Part shown: one piece after another, positions 28,047-37,651 of the stretch | How the letters are laid out: each line of letters starts with the position of its first letter | How positions within the stretch are numbered: the first letter of the stretch is position 1 | Source: Gemmatimonadaceae bacterium | GTDB lineage: Bacteria; Gemmatimonadota; Gemmatimonadetes; Gemmatimonadales; Gemmatimonadaceae | Length of the DNA stretch: 44,305 nt | NCBI GenBank assembly: GCA_044224875.1 | Contig: JBGAJQ010000044.1 | Coordinates: forward strand, 1 to 44,305 | Direction: 5' to 3' | Made by a program: the position numbers and the translations under genes | Notes under the pieces: model-generated | The model's database searches: none | Seen by the model: the letters and a program-made list of their open reading frames with translations, nothing else | Told to the model about the DNA's origin: nothing

Positions 28047-30011
28047 CTACTGTTTGGTCCCCTCGCCCTTTAGCCGCTGGACGAAGTACTCGGACCACTC
28101 GCGATCGATGTCCCGCGCACGATACGGGTCAGCGGGGAAGTGCCCCGGCACTGGCCAGATCTTCATGCGGACGTCGCGACCGCGCTCCTTGAGGGCGTTG
28201 AAGAGCTTGTACGACTGCGTCACCGGGACGCGGACATCTCCGGCATCCGACAGCAGCAATAGTGGCGTCTTCATGCTGTCGACGTAGGTCATCGGGGACT
28301 GCTCCTTCATCAAGGCAAGGTCGGCCGGTAACGTCAATGTCTCGCCGTAGGCGCGAATGAACAGGCTCAGGTCGTTCAGGTTGTAGTCGTCCACCAGGTC
28401 AATCACGGCGGCACCGGCCATGGCGGCCTTCCACCCGCCGTAGTGCCCGATCAGCCACGTGGTCATGTAGCCCCCGTAGGACCAGCCGGAGACACCGACG
28501 CGCGTGGTGTCCACGTACGCGCGCTTCTTCAGCAACGCGAGTCCAGCCATCACATCGCGCCCCGGCCCGGCGCCATGGTCTCGATAGACCGCCGAGTAGA
28601 GGGCGTTGCCGTGGTTGTCGCTGCCGCGATAGTTGGGTTCGAAGACGAGGAAGCCTTTGGCCGCGAGCAGCTGGTTGCGCGTGGAGAAGGTCTCGCGCGA
28701 GGAACCCCACGGGCCGCCGTGGATGTTGAGGATGAGCGGGTAGCGTTGCGAGGGATCGAAGTTCGGGGGAAAGGTGAGGATGCCGTCGAGCGGCAGTCCG
28801 TCGTGGCTCTTCCAGCTCATCGCCTCCACCGCGCCTAACGTCAACGAGGCGACGCGCCCGTGGAAGTCGGTCACCCGTTCGGGGGCCGCCGACCCGGGTC
28901 GTAGCAGGTACAACTCCGGCGGCCGGTGCGCTTCCGCGCCTACCAGGACAATGGTCCCGTCACGGGACACGTCCAGGTCGGCGATGCTGATACGTCCCAC
29001 GTCCCGTCGGCGCGGCGCGCCCGCGACGGGAATTTCCCATAAGGCACTCTGCGTCCCATCGGCGACGGCGCTCACGATGGTCTTCGAGTCCGGCGACCAG
29101 ATGCCGTACGTGAAGTTCCGGTCGATGGAGGCCGTGAGCCGACGGACCTCGCCGCCACTCGTGGGCGTCAGCAGGAGTTCCGTCTGGTTCTTCACGTGCC
29201 CATCGACGGGGCAGTTCAGCAGCAGCTGTGCGCCGTCGGGAGAGGTCCACGCGGCGCCGCAGTGCCGGGACTCGATGCCGCGCACCGGCGAGAGCGCCCC
29301 GGTTGCCACATCGGCGATGGCGAGTGAGCGCTTCTCCCAATCCCGGGTGCCGGCGCCGTCCTGCTTCGTGAACGTAATGGACCGGCCATCGGCGGACCAC
29401 GCGACCGTCGCGAACAGCGCCGGAATCGACCATTCGCCGCGGGCGACTGCCTTCGCATCTCCACCGTCAGCCCCAACCACCCACAGGCCGTTGGCACGCG
29501 GGGCGGACAAGGTGAGGTAGTCGTTGGCGTTGACTTCAAACGCGTCGTCGAACTTTGCCTTCGTCTCGGGAGCTGGGGCGGCGACGAAGGCGAAGGCGGA
29601 ACCGTCGGGCTTCCAGGCGAATCGACCCACGCTCGTCGGGGAGTGCGTCACTTGCCGCGCGTCGCCACCTGCAACGGACATCACGAAGATTTGGCTCTTG
29701 CCGTCCACGGCGGCCAAGAAGGCGAGTCGATCGCCGGAGGGCGACCACCGGGGAAAGTACGCCGTCTTGCGCTGCGTGAGCGTGCGCTGTGCCCTCGAGG
29801 CCAGGCCGACCTCGACGATCTCCGACTCCCACACGTTGGTCTCATAGTTCGGCCACGCGACCACCGCGACGGCGCGATCGCCTTGGGGGCTCACGTGCAC
29901 GTCACTCACGCGTGCTACCTTGGCGTAGTCGTCCAGGGTGAACGTCTGAGCCCGACTGACCGTCGGGATCGCGAGCGCGAGCACAAGGGACGCTTGACGA
30001 AGGATGCGCAT
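28047..30011 (-). CDS. Secreted S9-family peptidase (acylaminoacyl-peptidase-like)
   Basis: PD40-like WSPSG/WKPDG repeats; IHGGP, PNYRGS, GWSYGG nucleophile, GDVRVP, GHF. Confidence 0.9.
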   Translation of the reverse strand: MRILRQASLVLALAIPTVSRAQTFTLDDYAKVARVSDVHVSPQGDRAVAVVAWPNYETNVWESEIVEVGLASRAQRTLTQRKTAYFPRWSPSGDRLAFLAAVDGKSQIFVMSVAGGDARQVTHSPTSVGRFAWKPDGSAFAFVAAPAPETKAKFDDAFEVNANDYLTLSAPRANGLWVVGADGGDAKAVARGEWSIPALFATVAWSADGRSITFTKQDGAGTRDWEKRSLAIADVATGALSPVRGIESRHCGAAWTSPDGAQLLLNCPVDGHVKNQTELLLTPTSGGEVRRLTASIDRNFTYGIWSPDSKTIVSAVADGTQSALWEIPVAGAPRRRDVGRISIADLDVSRDGTIVLVGAEAHRPPELYLLRPGSAAPERVTDFHGRVASLTLGAVEAMSWKSHDGLPLDGILTFPPNFDPSQRYPLILNIHGGPWGSSRETFSTRNQLLAAKGFLVFEPNYRGSDNHGNALYSAVYRDHGAGPGRDVMAGLALLKKRAYVDTTRVGVSGWSYGGYMTTWLIGHYGGWKAAMAGAAVIDLVDDYNLNDLSLFIRAYGETLTLPADLALMKEQSPMTYVDSMKTPLLLLSDAGDVRVPVTQSYKLFNALKERGRDVRMKIWPVPGHFPADPYRARDIDREWSEYFVQRLKGEGTKQ

Positions 30012-30158
30012 GGGATGTTCGGGAAAGGATCGCGCGAACGAGGTATGGCCTTCAGACTGCCGGTGAAATGAGTGCGCGTCAAGACGAGTCAGGGAGTGCC
30101 CACCGCTAACGCGTCAATCTCTGGAGTGAGGACGGACCTGGAGCGCCGGAGGATCATC

Positions 30159-30611
30159 GTGATTGCGAATGCACGTCGTCGGCTGGCTGCGCTGGGCTTG
30201 CTCTGCGGGTGCGCCACACCATCTGGCCCCCCCATGCCGCCGACGTACACCTTCGAGCAGGCCGCCGACTCCATACCCATTGGGTACGGGCAAGAGGCGA
30301 TCGTGGGCAATCACCTGATCATGTTCTTCGACGTCCCGGAGGACTCCCGTTGCCCCACGACGGTCCAGTGTGGTGTGGCTGGGGATGCAACGGTTGCAGC
30401 CGGTGTCACGGGCGTCTGTGCGCTGTCCAATCCGCCGTGTTCGATGCCAACAATCCCGCTCCAGCTGCATACGGACACCGAGCCGAGGGCCGTCACCACT
30501 GGAAACATCGAGTACCGACTCGTCGCACTCCGTCCGGCGCCGGTGGTGCCGGGTGCCATCGCGAAGCGGCAGTACGTCGCGTGGCTTCGCGTTAGACCGG
30601 TCGGCTTGTGA
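30159..30611 (+). CDS. Hypothetical Cys-rich lipoprotein
   Basis: SD GGAGG before GTG 30159; LLCGC lipobox-like; VPEDSRCPTTVQC..AGDA.V motif. Confidence 0.65.
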   Translation: MIANARRRLAALGLLCGCATPSGPPMPPTYTFEQAADSIPIGYGQEAIVGNHLIMFFDVPEDSRCPTTVQCGVAGDATVAAGVTGVCALSNPPCSMPTIPLQLHTDTEPRAVTTGNIEYRLVALRPAPVVPGAIAKRQYVAWLRVRPVGL

Positions 30612-30664
30612 GGCGGCGTTGCGCCTGCGTTCTCCAGGCACAACGCCGCCCCTCAATATCCACG

Positions 30665-33226
30665 CTACTTCATTTCCGCCGACGAGCGCCGGCTGTCCCC
30701 GATCAAGTGCTCGGCGAAGTACTCCATCATCAGGCGCGTGAAATACGGTTGATAGTCGCCGTAACCATGCGGCTTGCCCGGCAGCAGCATGAAGTCGAAG
30801 CGCTTGTTGGCCTTGAGCGCGTTCACGAGCCGAATCGTGTTCCCCGGGTGGACATTGTTGTCCATGTCACCCGTCGTCAGTAGCAACTTTCCCTTCAAGT
30901 TGGGGGCGAGCTCGATGTTGGTCGGCACCCGGATCTCGTAGCGAAGCGAATCATCGGCATATCCCGTGTCGCTCGGGGCGACTGGCGTGGCCCCGCCACC
31001 ATCCCGACCGATCACGCGACGGCCTCGGCCCATGGCCGCACTGTCGGCGCGGCCCCTCACGATGGTCTTGAGGCCGTGGTACTGCTCGCTCCAGTTCTGG
31101 TTGTAGATGTTGTTGTCATGGTTGCCGGACGACGACACTCCCACCTTGAAGAAGTCGTTGTATGGCGGCAGGAGTAGGGCTGCGGCCGTGAGGAACCCAC
31201 CACCCGAGTGACCGAAGATGCCCACCTTGTCCAGGTCGATGTACGGATAGCGTGCCGCCAGCTGCTCGATGCCGGCCTTCTTGTCCGCGAGGGCGTAGTC
31301 CCGGAGGTTGTAGTAGCTGAAGTTCTGGTACGCGTTCGAGCGAAGCGGATTGCCTCCGCGATTGCCGATCTGGATGACGATGAAGCCGAGCTGGGCCAGT
31401 TGCTGCTGCACGCCCCCAGGCACGAAGCCGACGTTCACCTGTTCGGTCTGCGGGCCCGGGTAGACGTTGGCGATGATCGGATACTTCTTCTTCGGGTCGA
31501 GGTCAAACGGACGCCACATGTTGCCGTAGATGTCCGTGACGCCGTCAGCCGCCTTGACCACGAACGGTTCGGGGGGCGCCCAGCCTAACGTCTTGAGCCC
31601 GCTCACGTCCATGTCGTCGAGGGTCATCACCACCTGCCCCGTGGCATCGCGAACGACGTTCTTCGGGATCGCATCGGGGCGGGAGTACGAATCCACGACG
31701 TATCGCTTCGTTGGCGAGACGGCGGAGGTGTGGTCGCCATTGCCCGAGTCGACCAGTTGGAAACCGCTGCCGTCCGCGTTCACGCGGTACAAGTGTCGCT
31801 GGTACACGTTCTCGCCTGGCTCGCGCCCAACGCCACTCACCCACAGCACGCCGGCGACCGAGTCGATCTCCACCACCTGGTCCGCGCGCCACGCGCCGGT
31901 GGTGAGCGGCTTCTTGTATGTCCCGTTGTGGTCGTACAGGTAGTAGTGGCCCCAACCGGAGCGTTCCGACCACCAGATCATGTCGCCGCCCCCCTTCACG
32001 TAGCGCGGGGCCTGCGATTCGAGGTTCGCGTTCTCCACGGATTCCGTGAGCAGGCTCCGCGTTGCCCCCGTGGCCAGGTTCACCTCGACCAGTTCGAGGT
32101 TTCGTTGCGGTCGGTCGCGCCGCACGACGCGCAGCGTGTTTGAGCCGGTGGTCCAGTGGATGTTCAGCAAGCGCTCGTCACGCCACTTCTTCACGTTGAC
32201 CGGCGTCACGTCCTTGTCGCCGCGACGGTAGATGTACAGCTCCGTCTGGGCCACGTTCTCCTCCCCCGGCATGCCGTACGCGTACGACATCAGCGTCGGG
32301 CGCGGCTCGGAGAGGACGTTCACCAGGTACAACTCGCGGACCTTGCGTTGATCCTGACGGGTGATGGCGAAGGCCTTCGAGTCCGGGGACCACACCGCGC
32401 CGGCCCGCACCCGCGGATCGCGATTCCGGGCGTTCCCGGTCTGGTTCTGTTGTTCGAGCTGTGTGGAGTCCTGCAACTGGAACAGCGTCGTATCCCGAAA
32501 ACCAAAACTCCGGTTCTTCTCGCCATCGGTGGAAATGCGGACCGTGTCGCCCCGCGCCTTCTCCACCAGGTACAGGTTGTGGTCGCGAGCGAACACGAAC
32601 GCCGTGCTGTCTGGTGACCAGTTACGGAAGTCACCTCCCTGCGGCCCGAACTGCCCACCGCCACCGCCGCCGCCAAACTGCTGGCGCTGCACCTCGCGCT
32701 CTTCGTCCGGCGGTACGGAATCCCTCGGCAATCGCTTGCCGAGCGTGCGGATGGTCTCGCTCGCCAGGTTCCACTCATAGCGCGTGCTGTCGACGACGAA
32801 GCGGAACGCCTTGTGATCCTTGGTGAAGGTGACGGTGTTGAACGGCAGCTTGTCGGGGTCGTAGGGCTTGTGATGCGCCGTGGCCAGTTCCGCCGCCAAC
32901 TTCACATGGTCAAAGAGTGGGCGCTTCACCTTGAGTGGCGGCACCACCAGGAAGAAGGTCGAGCCGGTGTGGTCCTTCCAGTTGTACCAGATGGAATCGG
33001 TTTTTCCCAGCCAGTGCGGCTGCACGGCGGCAGTGTAAGTGACCCGCTTCATCGCGTCGGCGGAGAACTTCTCCGCCAGCTCCCAGTTCGCGTGCGCGGC
33101 GACTGGCTTGGCCAGCGCCTCCTGCGCCTGCGCGGTAGGAGTCGCGACCTGCACCGTGGCAAGGGCGGCGAGGACTGCGGCAAGGCTTCGTACGTACTGT
33201 CTGCCGAGGGAGATGAAGGCACGCAT
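30665..33226 (-). CDS. Secreted DPP IV-like S9B peptidase
   Basis: WSPDS repeats, SERSGWGHYY, VYPGPQ, GIFGHSGGGF nucleophile, GDMDNNVHP, GKPHGY. SD GGAG before ATG 33226. Confidence 0.9.
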   Translation of the reverse strand: MRAFISLGRQYVRSLAAVLAALATVQVATPTAQAQEALAKPVAAHANWELAEKFSADAMKRVTYTAAVQPHWLGKTDSIWYNWKDHTGSTFFLVVPPLKVKRPLFDHVKLAAELATAHHKPYDPDKLPFNTVTFTKDHKAFRFVVDSTRYEWNLASETIRTLGKRLPRDSVPPDEEREVQRQQFGGGGGGGQFGPQGGDFRNWSPDSTAFVFARDHNLYLVEKARGDTVRISTDGEKNRSFGFRDTTLFQLQDSTQLEQQNQTGNARNRDPRVRAGAVWSPDSKAFAITRQDQRKVRELYLVNVLSEPRPTLMSYAYGMPGEENVAQTELYIYRRGDKDVTPVNVKKWRDERLLNIHWTTGSNTLRVVRRDRPQRNLELVEVNLATGATRSLLTESVENANLESQAPRYVKGGGDMIWWSERSGWGHYYLYDHNGTYKKPLTTGAWRADQVVEIDSVAGVLWVSGVGREPGENVYQRHLYRVNADGSGFQLVDSGNGDHTSAVSPTKRYVVDSYSRPDAIPKNVVRDATGQVVMTLDDMDVSGLKTLGWAPPEPFVVKAADGVTDIYGNMWRPFDLDPKKKYPIIANVYPGPQTEQVNVGFVPGGVQQQLAQLGFIVIQIGNRGGNPLRSNAYQNFSYYNLRDYALADKKAGIEQLAARYPYIDLDKVGIFGHSGGGFLTAAALLLPPYNDFFKVGVSSSGNHDNNIYNQNWSEQYHGLKTIVRGRADSAAMGRGRRVIGRDGGGATPVAPSDTGYADDSLRYEIRVPTNIELAPNLKGKLLLTTGDMDNNVHPGNTIRLVNALKANKRFDFMLLPGKPHGYGDYQPYFTRLMMEYFAEHLIGDSRRSSAEMK

Positions 33227-33589
33227 CGTTCGACGCTCCGGGACAGAAGCCGAGGTGGACCAGCGCCTTGGGGGCCAAGGCGAATCCAAAGGGGGGACGG
33301 GGACCGACGACGGGGGAACTGAGACGGGTGCAACGGGACCTCGTACAGCGTCAGTACGTGCCGCTGAGGACGGTCGTTGTGAACGCCCATTCCTTTGATC
33401 GCCGAGCCCGCACCTGGATGCCCTCGGCGTACCGGAGCCAGCCGCGCTCAAGGTCCGAGGGGAGTTGGGACTGGCGGCGGATGGGAAGCTCGTCCTGCCC
33501 CTCCTACGTCGGGTGTTGTGAGTCGCCGGGTGCGACGGCGATGTTCGATCCGCTCGAACCCTGGCTCAGCATGTCCGTCGTCGGAGGGT

Positions 33590-34807
33590 TCAGCTGACGA
33601 TGACGCGCTCGAGCGACTCGGCGGCAAACCGGGCGCCATCGCTTTTCGCGCCGGCGGCGATGGAACGCGCTCGCTCCGCGATATCGCGTTGCAGCGATCG
33701 GTCGAGTGCACTCGCCAAAGACTCTGTCGTCGGCGCACTCGGCGCTTGCGACGTGCCGAGGCCGAGCCGTTGGACGCGTTCCGCCCAGTAGAACTGATCG
33801 TAGTGCTGTGGGATGATCACCTGGGGTGCACCAGCGCGCGCCGCGGCGGTTGTCGTTCCGGCCCCGCCATGGTGCACGACAGCTGCAACACGCTTGAACA
33901 GCGCTTGCTGGTTGACCTCGCCGACGGTGATGCAGTCCGGCAGATCATCGATCAGCGAAAGATCGGCCCACCCACGCAACACGATCACCCGTCGTCCTAA
34001 CCCCCGTGCCGATTCGATCACGACGCGACTCAGTTCACCTGGCACGCGGTTGCTCCCGAACCCGAAGTAGACGGGCGGCTCGCCAGCGCTCAGGAACACT
34101 TCGAGCTCGGATGACAACGGACGAGCGTCCGGTAGGATCCACGCGCCGGTCTGTAGCACCGACGTCTCGTTCGGATCGGGCCACGGACCTAACGTGGCGT
34201 CGGCGGCCAGCCATGGTCGCTTGGTCAGGATGTACGGCAACACCTCGTCGATTGGCGTTAAGTCGAGTTCCGAGCGACGGGCGTTCACCGCGTCGCGCCA
34301 GGTGTCGTTCCAGCGGCGCGCGTCGGCCTCCCAGAGTGCACTGTAGTCGTCCGCCGGTGCGGCCGGCGCGTCACCCAGCATCGTCAACACGGGTGGCGCG
34401 TGATGTCGCGACGGCAAGACGGCAGGACAGTACGCGGCGAACACGTAGGGAATCCCCAGCCACTCCGCCACTGACGGCGCCGCCACTTGCAGTGTGGTCG
34501 CGCCGACCATGACATCAACGCCGCGAGCGGCCGCGGCAAGCGTGTCGAATTGCGCCTGGACGGTGCCCTCGATCATCTGCCGACGCTGTTCGGGTGATGG
34601 CCGTACCGTCGACGGACTCACCTTCGCGCTCCCGCGCACTTCAGGACCGATTGGCGTCACGGGGACTCCCAGGCCCTCGATCCACTCGCGGAAGTCGGGC
34701 GGCACGCACATCCGTACGTCATGGCCGAGCGTCTTCAGCTCCAGCGCCAAGGCCACGAGTGGCTGGACGTCGCCGCGCGATCCGATGGTCGACAGCAGAG
34801 CGCGCAT
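33590..34807 (-). CDS. rgt: GT1 glycosyltransferase, rifamycin-inactivating Rgt / glycopeptide Gtf-like
   Basis: MRALLSTIGSRGDVQPLVALA, RMCVPPD, LGIPYVFA, LWEADAR, RPWLAAD, QTGAWILPDARPL, PPVYFGFGS, RGWA, VGEVNQQALFKRVAAVVHHGGAGTTT.AARAGAPQV, DQFYWAERV. Colinear with Rgt/GtfA-type enzymes as I recall them. SD GAGGAG. RAE-like palindrome upstream. Confidence 0.75.
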   Translation of the reverse strand: MRALLSTIGSRGDVQPLVALALELKTLGHDVRMCVPPDFREWIEGLGVPVTPIGPEVRGSAKVSPSTVRPSPEQRRQMIEGTVQAQFDTLAAAARGVDVMVGATTLQVAAPSVAEWLGIPYVFAAYCPAVLPSRHHAPPVLTMLGDAPAAPADDYSALWEADARRWNDTWRDAVNARRSELDLTPIDEVLPYILTKRPWLAADATLGPWPDPNETSVLQTGAWILPDARPLSSELEVFLSAGEPPVYFGFGSNRVPGELSRVVIESARGLGRRVIVLRGWADLSLIDDLPDCITVGEVNQQALFKRVAAVVHHGGAGTTTAAARAGAPQVIIPQHYDQFYWAERVQRLGLGTSQAPSAPTTESLASALDRSLQRDIAERARSIAAGAKSDGARFAAESLERVIVS

Positions 34808-34883
34808 GAAGGCACTCCTCTCCGTGGGAAGTCGTTCGATCGGCGGGGTCCGAAGACGAACGCCGCACAGTCTGCACCGGCCC

Positions 34884-34908
34884 CCCGGCCTTGCGGCAAG
34901 GCTCCGGG
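34884..34908. promoter_or_regulatory. Inverted repeat resembling the rifamycin-associated element (RAE)
   Basis: Perfect GCCTTGC-G-GCAAGGC at 34888-34902, extendable by CCCG/CGGG, about 80 nt upstream of the rgt-like ATG. Confidence 0.65.
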
Positions 34909-35010
34909 TGGATGGTATTTTGGGATTGGCGATGTGATGCACGGAGGCGGATATTGGGACGCCGGCTTGGCCTCGTGAGCGCCCAGTCACCCACCGTCGG
35001 AGCAAACCCA

Positions 35011-36087
35011 GTGCGCGAAATCCCCAATCGGCGCGAGTTCCTCGGTAGCGCCGCCGCCACCGCAGCGTTCTTCGCCATGCCGTCACTGTCAGTCGGCAGG
35101 TCAAACACGAAGAGCGACGAACCCCCAGTGCTCGGCTCTGGCGACTGGCGCTACGTCATGGACCACAGCTGGGTGAAGCTTCCCGCAGGGAAGCGCTTTG
35201 GGTACACGCACGGGATCGTGGAGGATCGCGCCGGTCGATTCTACATCGCCAACCAGAGCCGCGACGCCGTCGTGGTTGTGGACGCGCAGGGGAACTTCCT
35301 CAACTCGTGGGGCCAGGCGTACGCGAAGGGTGCTCACGGCTTGCGTCTGCATGAGGAAGGAGGAACGGAATATCTCTACCTCGCGAACACTGGTCTGGCT
35401 CAAGTCGTAAAGACCACGCTCGACGGCGATGTGGTGTGGCAGGCGGGCCGGCCGTACCTGGCGGGAGTGTACTCACCGGAACGCGCCTACTCACCGACGG
35501 AATCGGTCGTCGGGCCCAACGGCATGCTCTACGTCGCCGATGGCTACGGCCAGTCGTGGATCCACATCTACGATGCCAAGGACGGCAAGTACCTCGATTC
35601 GTTTGGCGGACGTGGCACGGAGCCGCAGAACCTCCGTCAGCCGCACGGCATCAGCATCGACACGCGCAGCGGAACGCCGCTGTTGCAGGTGTCCGATCGC
35701 GGCAACATACGCATCGTCAACTTCACGCTCGAAGGAAAGTTCCTGGGAGAGGTCTTGAACAAGTCGGACCTGCGCTTCCCATGCACGTCCTTTCATCAGG
35801 GCGACATGATGTACGTCCCCGACCTCTACGCACGCGTCTCGATCTTCGACAAGGCGAACCGCAAGGTCGCGGACCTCGGCGACTACCTGGAAGGGAAGCC
35901 GTTCACGTCGGAGTCCGAGTTCGGCAGCGTCTACCCCGATCTCAAGGGATATCCAAACATCCCGCATGACAAGCGGCGTCAGGACCGATTCATCTCACCG
36001 CATGCGCTGTGGGTGGACCGGTCGGGCAACATCTACGTCGTCGAATGGATCGACGACGGGCGCGTGACAAAGCTCTCGAAGGTCTGA
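35011..36087 (+). CDS. TAT-exported NHL-repeat beta-propeller (PAL-like)
   Basis: NRREFLG twin-arginine signal; THGI, GAHGL, LYVADGYG, QPHGISID, SPHALWVD..GNIYVVEW. SD GGAG before GTG 35011. Confidence 0.85.
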   Translation: MREIPNRREFLGSAAATAAFFAMPSLSVGRSNTKSDEPPVLGSGDWRYVMDHSWVKLPAGKRFGYTHGIVEDRAGRFYIANQSRDAVVVVDAQGNFLNSWGQAYAKGAHGLRLHEEGGTEYLYLANTGLAQVVKTTLDGDVVWQAGRPYLAGVYSPERAYSPTESVVGPNGMLYVADGYGQSWIHIYDAKDGKYLDSFGGRGTEPQNLRQPHGISIDTRSGTPLLQVSDRGNIRIVNFTLEGKFLGEVLNKSDLRFPCTSFHQGDMMYVPDLYARVSIFDKANRKVADLGDYLEGKPFTSESEFGSVYPDLKGYPNIPHDKRRQDRFISPHALWVDRSGNIYVVEWIDDGRVTKLSKV

Positions 36088-36098
36088 CGCACCGCGTG

Positions 36099-37646
36099 AT
36101 GTCGCGAACGCACCTTGGCGTCATCGGCGGACTCCTGCTGTTGGTGGTCGTCGCGTGGGTTGGCGGCGACCATGGGTCCACCCTATGGCCGTTCGCGGGG
36201 CGCTTCCATCCCCTGTTGGTGCACCTGCCGATCGGGATCCTGTTGCTGGCGCTCTTCCTCGACGTTGTCGGTCGAATGCCGGCGCGCACTGGTTTGCGCT
36301 CCATTGTGCCGGTGGCACTCCTCCTCGGGTTCTGGGTCGCAATCGTCGCCGCGGTTGCGGGCCTTCTGTTGGCCGACTGGGGCAGCTACAACCCCGCGAT
36401 ACTGGTATGGCACCGGCGGCTGGGGATTGCCATTCCCTTCCTTGCGGCCGCGGCCTATTGGATTCGCGCGCGTGCTGACGGGACGCGAGAGGTCGTCGAC
36501 GAGCCACTAGGTCGGGTTCGAGTCTCCCAACAGGGCGATTCGCGTGGCTATCTCCTCGTTGCCGCGGCTCTGGCGTTCACCGTGACGATTGGCGGGCACC
36601 TTGGTGGCACGCTCTCGCGTGGGGAAGGCTATCTCACACGGCACCTCCCGGACGGGGTGCGTTCGCTCGTGGGTCTGCCGGCCGAGTCAGCGCGAGCGCG
36701 GCTCGCCATCGGCAATCCGGACTCGACGCTTGTCTATGCGGGGCTGATTCAACCGGTGTTGAATGCACGTTGCGGTGTGTGCCACAACGCGGATCGCAAG
36801 AAGGGCGGACTGGACCTAACGAGCGCGAAGGGTCTCATGGCCGGTGGTCGGCAGGGGAAAGTGGTGGTCCCCGGCCGTGCCGACGAAAGTGAAGCGATCA
36901 TCCGGTTGTCCCTGCCGCCGGGCCACACGGATGCCATGCCACCCGACCGTCCGATCCCGATCGCCGAGTTGGAGCTGATGCGGTGGTGGATCGACGCCGG
37001 GGCGTCGACCGAGGTTCGGCTGTCGGAGATCGTTCGTCCGGCGTCGGTCAGGCGCACATTGGCCGCCTACGGCCTCGACGACTTGCCGACGGGGATCTTC
37101 GCGCTTTCCATGGCGCCGCCAGACTCCCGTGCCGTGGCGGCGGCACGGGCCACGGGGCTGGAGGTACAGCCGTTAGGTGTTCACAGCGGCTACCTCAGTG
37201 TCGATGCCACGAACCTGTCGGCGGATTGGGACGTTCGACAGCTCGAACAGTTGCGACCGCTGACGGCGAACATTGCGCGGGTGAATGTGGCTCATCTGCC
37301 GATCACCGACCCGCAGCTCGCCTTGTTCGGCGCCATGCCGCGCCTTACGCACTTGCGACTGTCGCAGACGCGAGTCACCGACGCTGGCCTGCGCGCACTC
37401 AACGGCGCACAGTATCTCGAGTACCTCAATCTCGTCGACACCGACGTGAGTGACGCCGGACTTCGGGCCTTGGAAGGCATGTCCCGATTGCGAGCGATCT
37501 ACCTGTGGGGAACGCGCACGACGGACGGCGGCGTGGCTCGGTTGCAGCGGGCGCTTCCGCGCGCGAACATCGTGCGCGGTGCGACGCCACTCCGTGACTC
37601 ATCTACGGGGCCGCCATCGGCCCGCGTCACCACCAACACCCGTTAG
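36099..37646 (+). CDS. Membrane protein: DUF2231-like TM region + planctomycete-type cytochrome c + LRR
   Basis: GRFHPLLVHLPIG, HRRLG, GHLGGTLS; CGVCH haem motif, MPP, WIDAGA; C-terminal LxxLxLxxTxVTDAGL repeats. Confidence 0.85.
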   Translation: MSRTHLGVIGGLLLLVVVAWVGGDHGSTLWPFAGRFHPLLVHLPIGILLLALFLDVVGRMPARTGLRSIVPVALLLGFWVAIVAAVAGLLLADWGSYNPAILVWHRRLGIAIPFLAAAAYWIRARADGTREVVDEPLGRVRVSQQGDSRGYLLVAAALAFTVTIGGHLGGTLSRGEGYLTRHLPDGVRSLVGLPAESARARLAIGNPDSTLVYAGLIQPVLNARCGVCHNADRKKGGLDLTSAKGLMAGGRQGKVVVPGRADESEAIIRLSLPPGHTDAMPPDRPIPIAELELMRWWIDAGASTEVRLSEIVRPASVRRTLAAYGLDDLPTGIFALSMAPPDSRAVAAARATGLEVQPLGVHSGYLSVDATNLSADWDVRQLEQLRPLTANIARVNVAHLPITDPQLALFGAMPRLTHLRLSQTRVTDAGLRALNGAQYLEYLNLVDTDVSDAGLRALEGMSRLRAIYLWGTRTTDGGVARLQRALPRANIVRGATPLRDSSTGPPSARVTTNTR

Positions 37647-37651
37647 GCGCC

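Noticed and set aside
33340..33589. Short protein-like frames between the peptidase and the rgt-like gene
   Set aside because: Interrupted by stops or lacking starts, with no recognisable family.
33590..34807. Glycopeptide biosynthetic cluster implied by the Gtf-like gene
   Set aside because: No NRPS, P450, halogenase or sugar-biosynthesis genes nearby.
36510..36530. GGTTCGAGTC tRNA T-loop-like string
   Set aside because: Inside a CDS, with no cloverleaf or acceptor stem.
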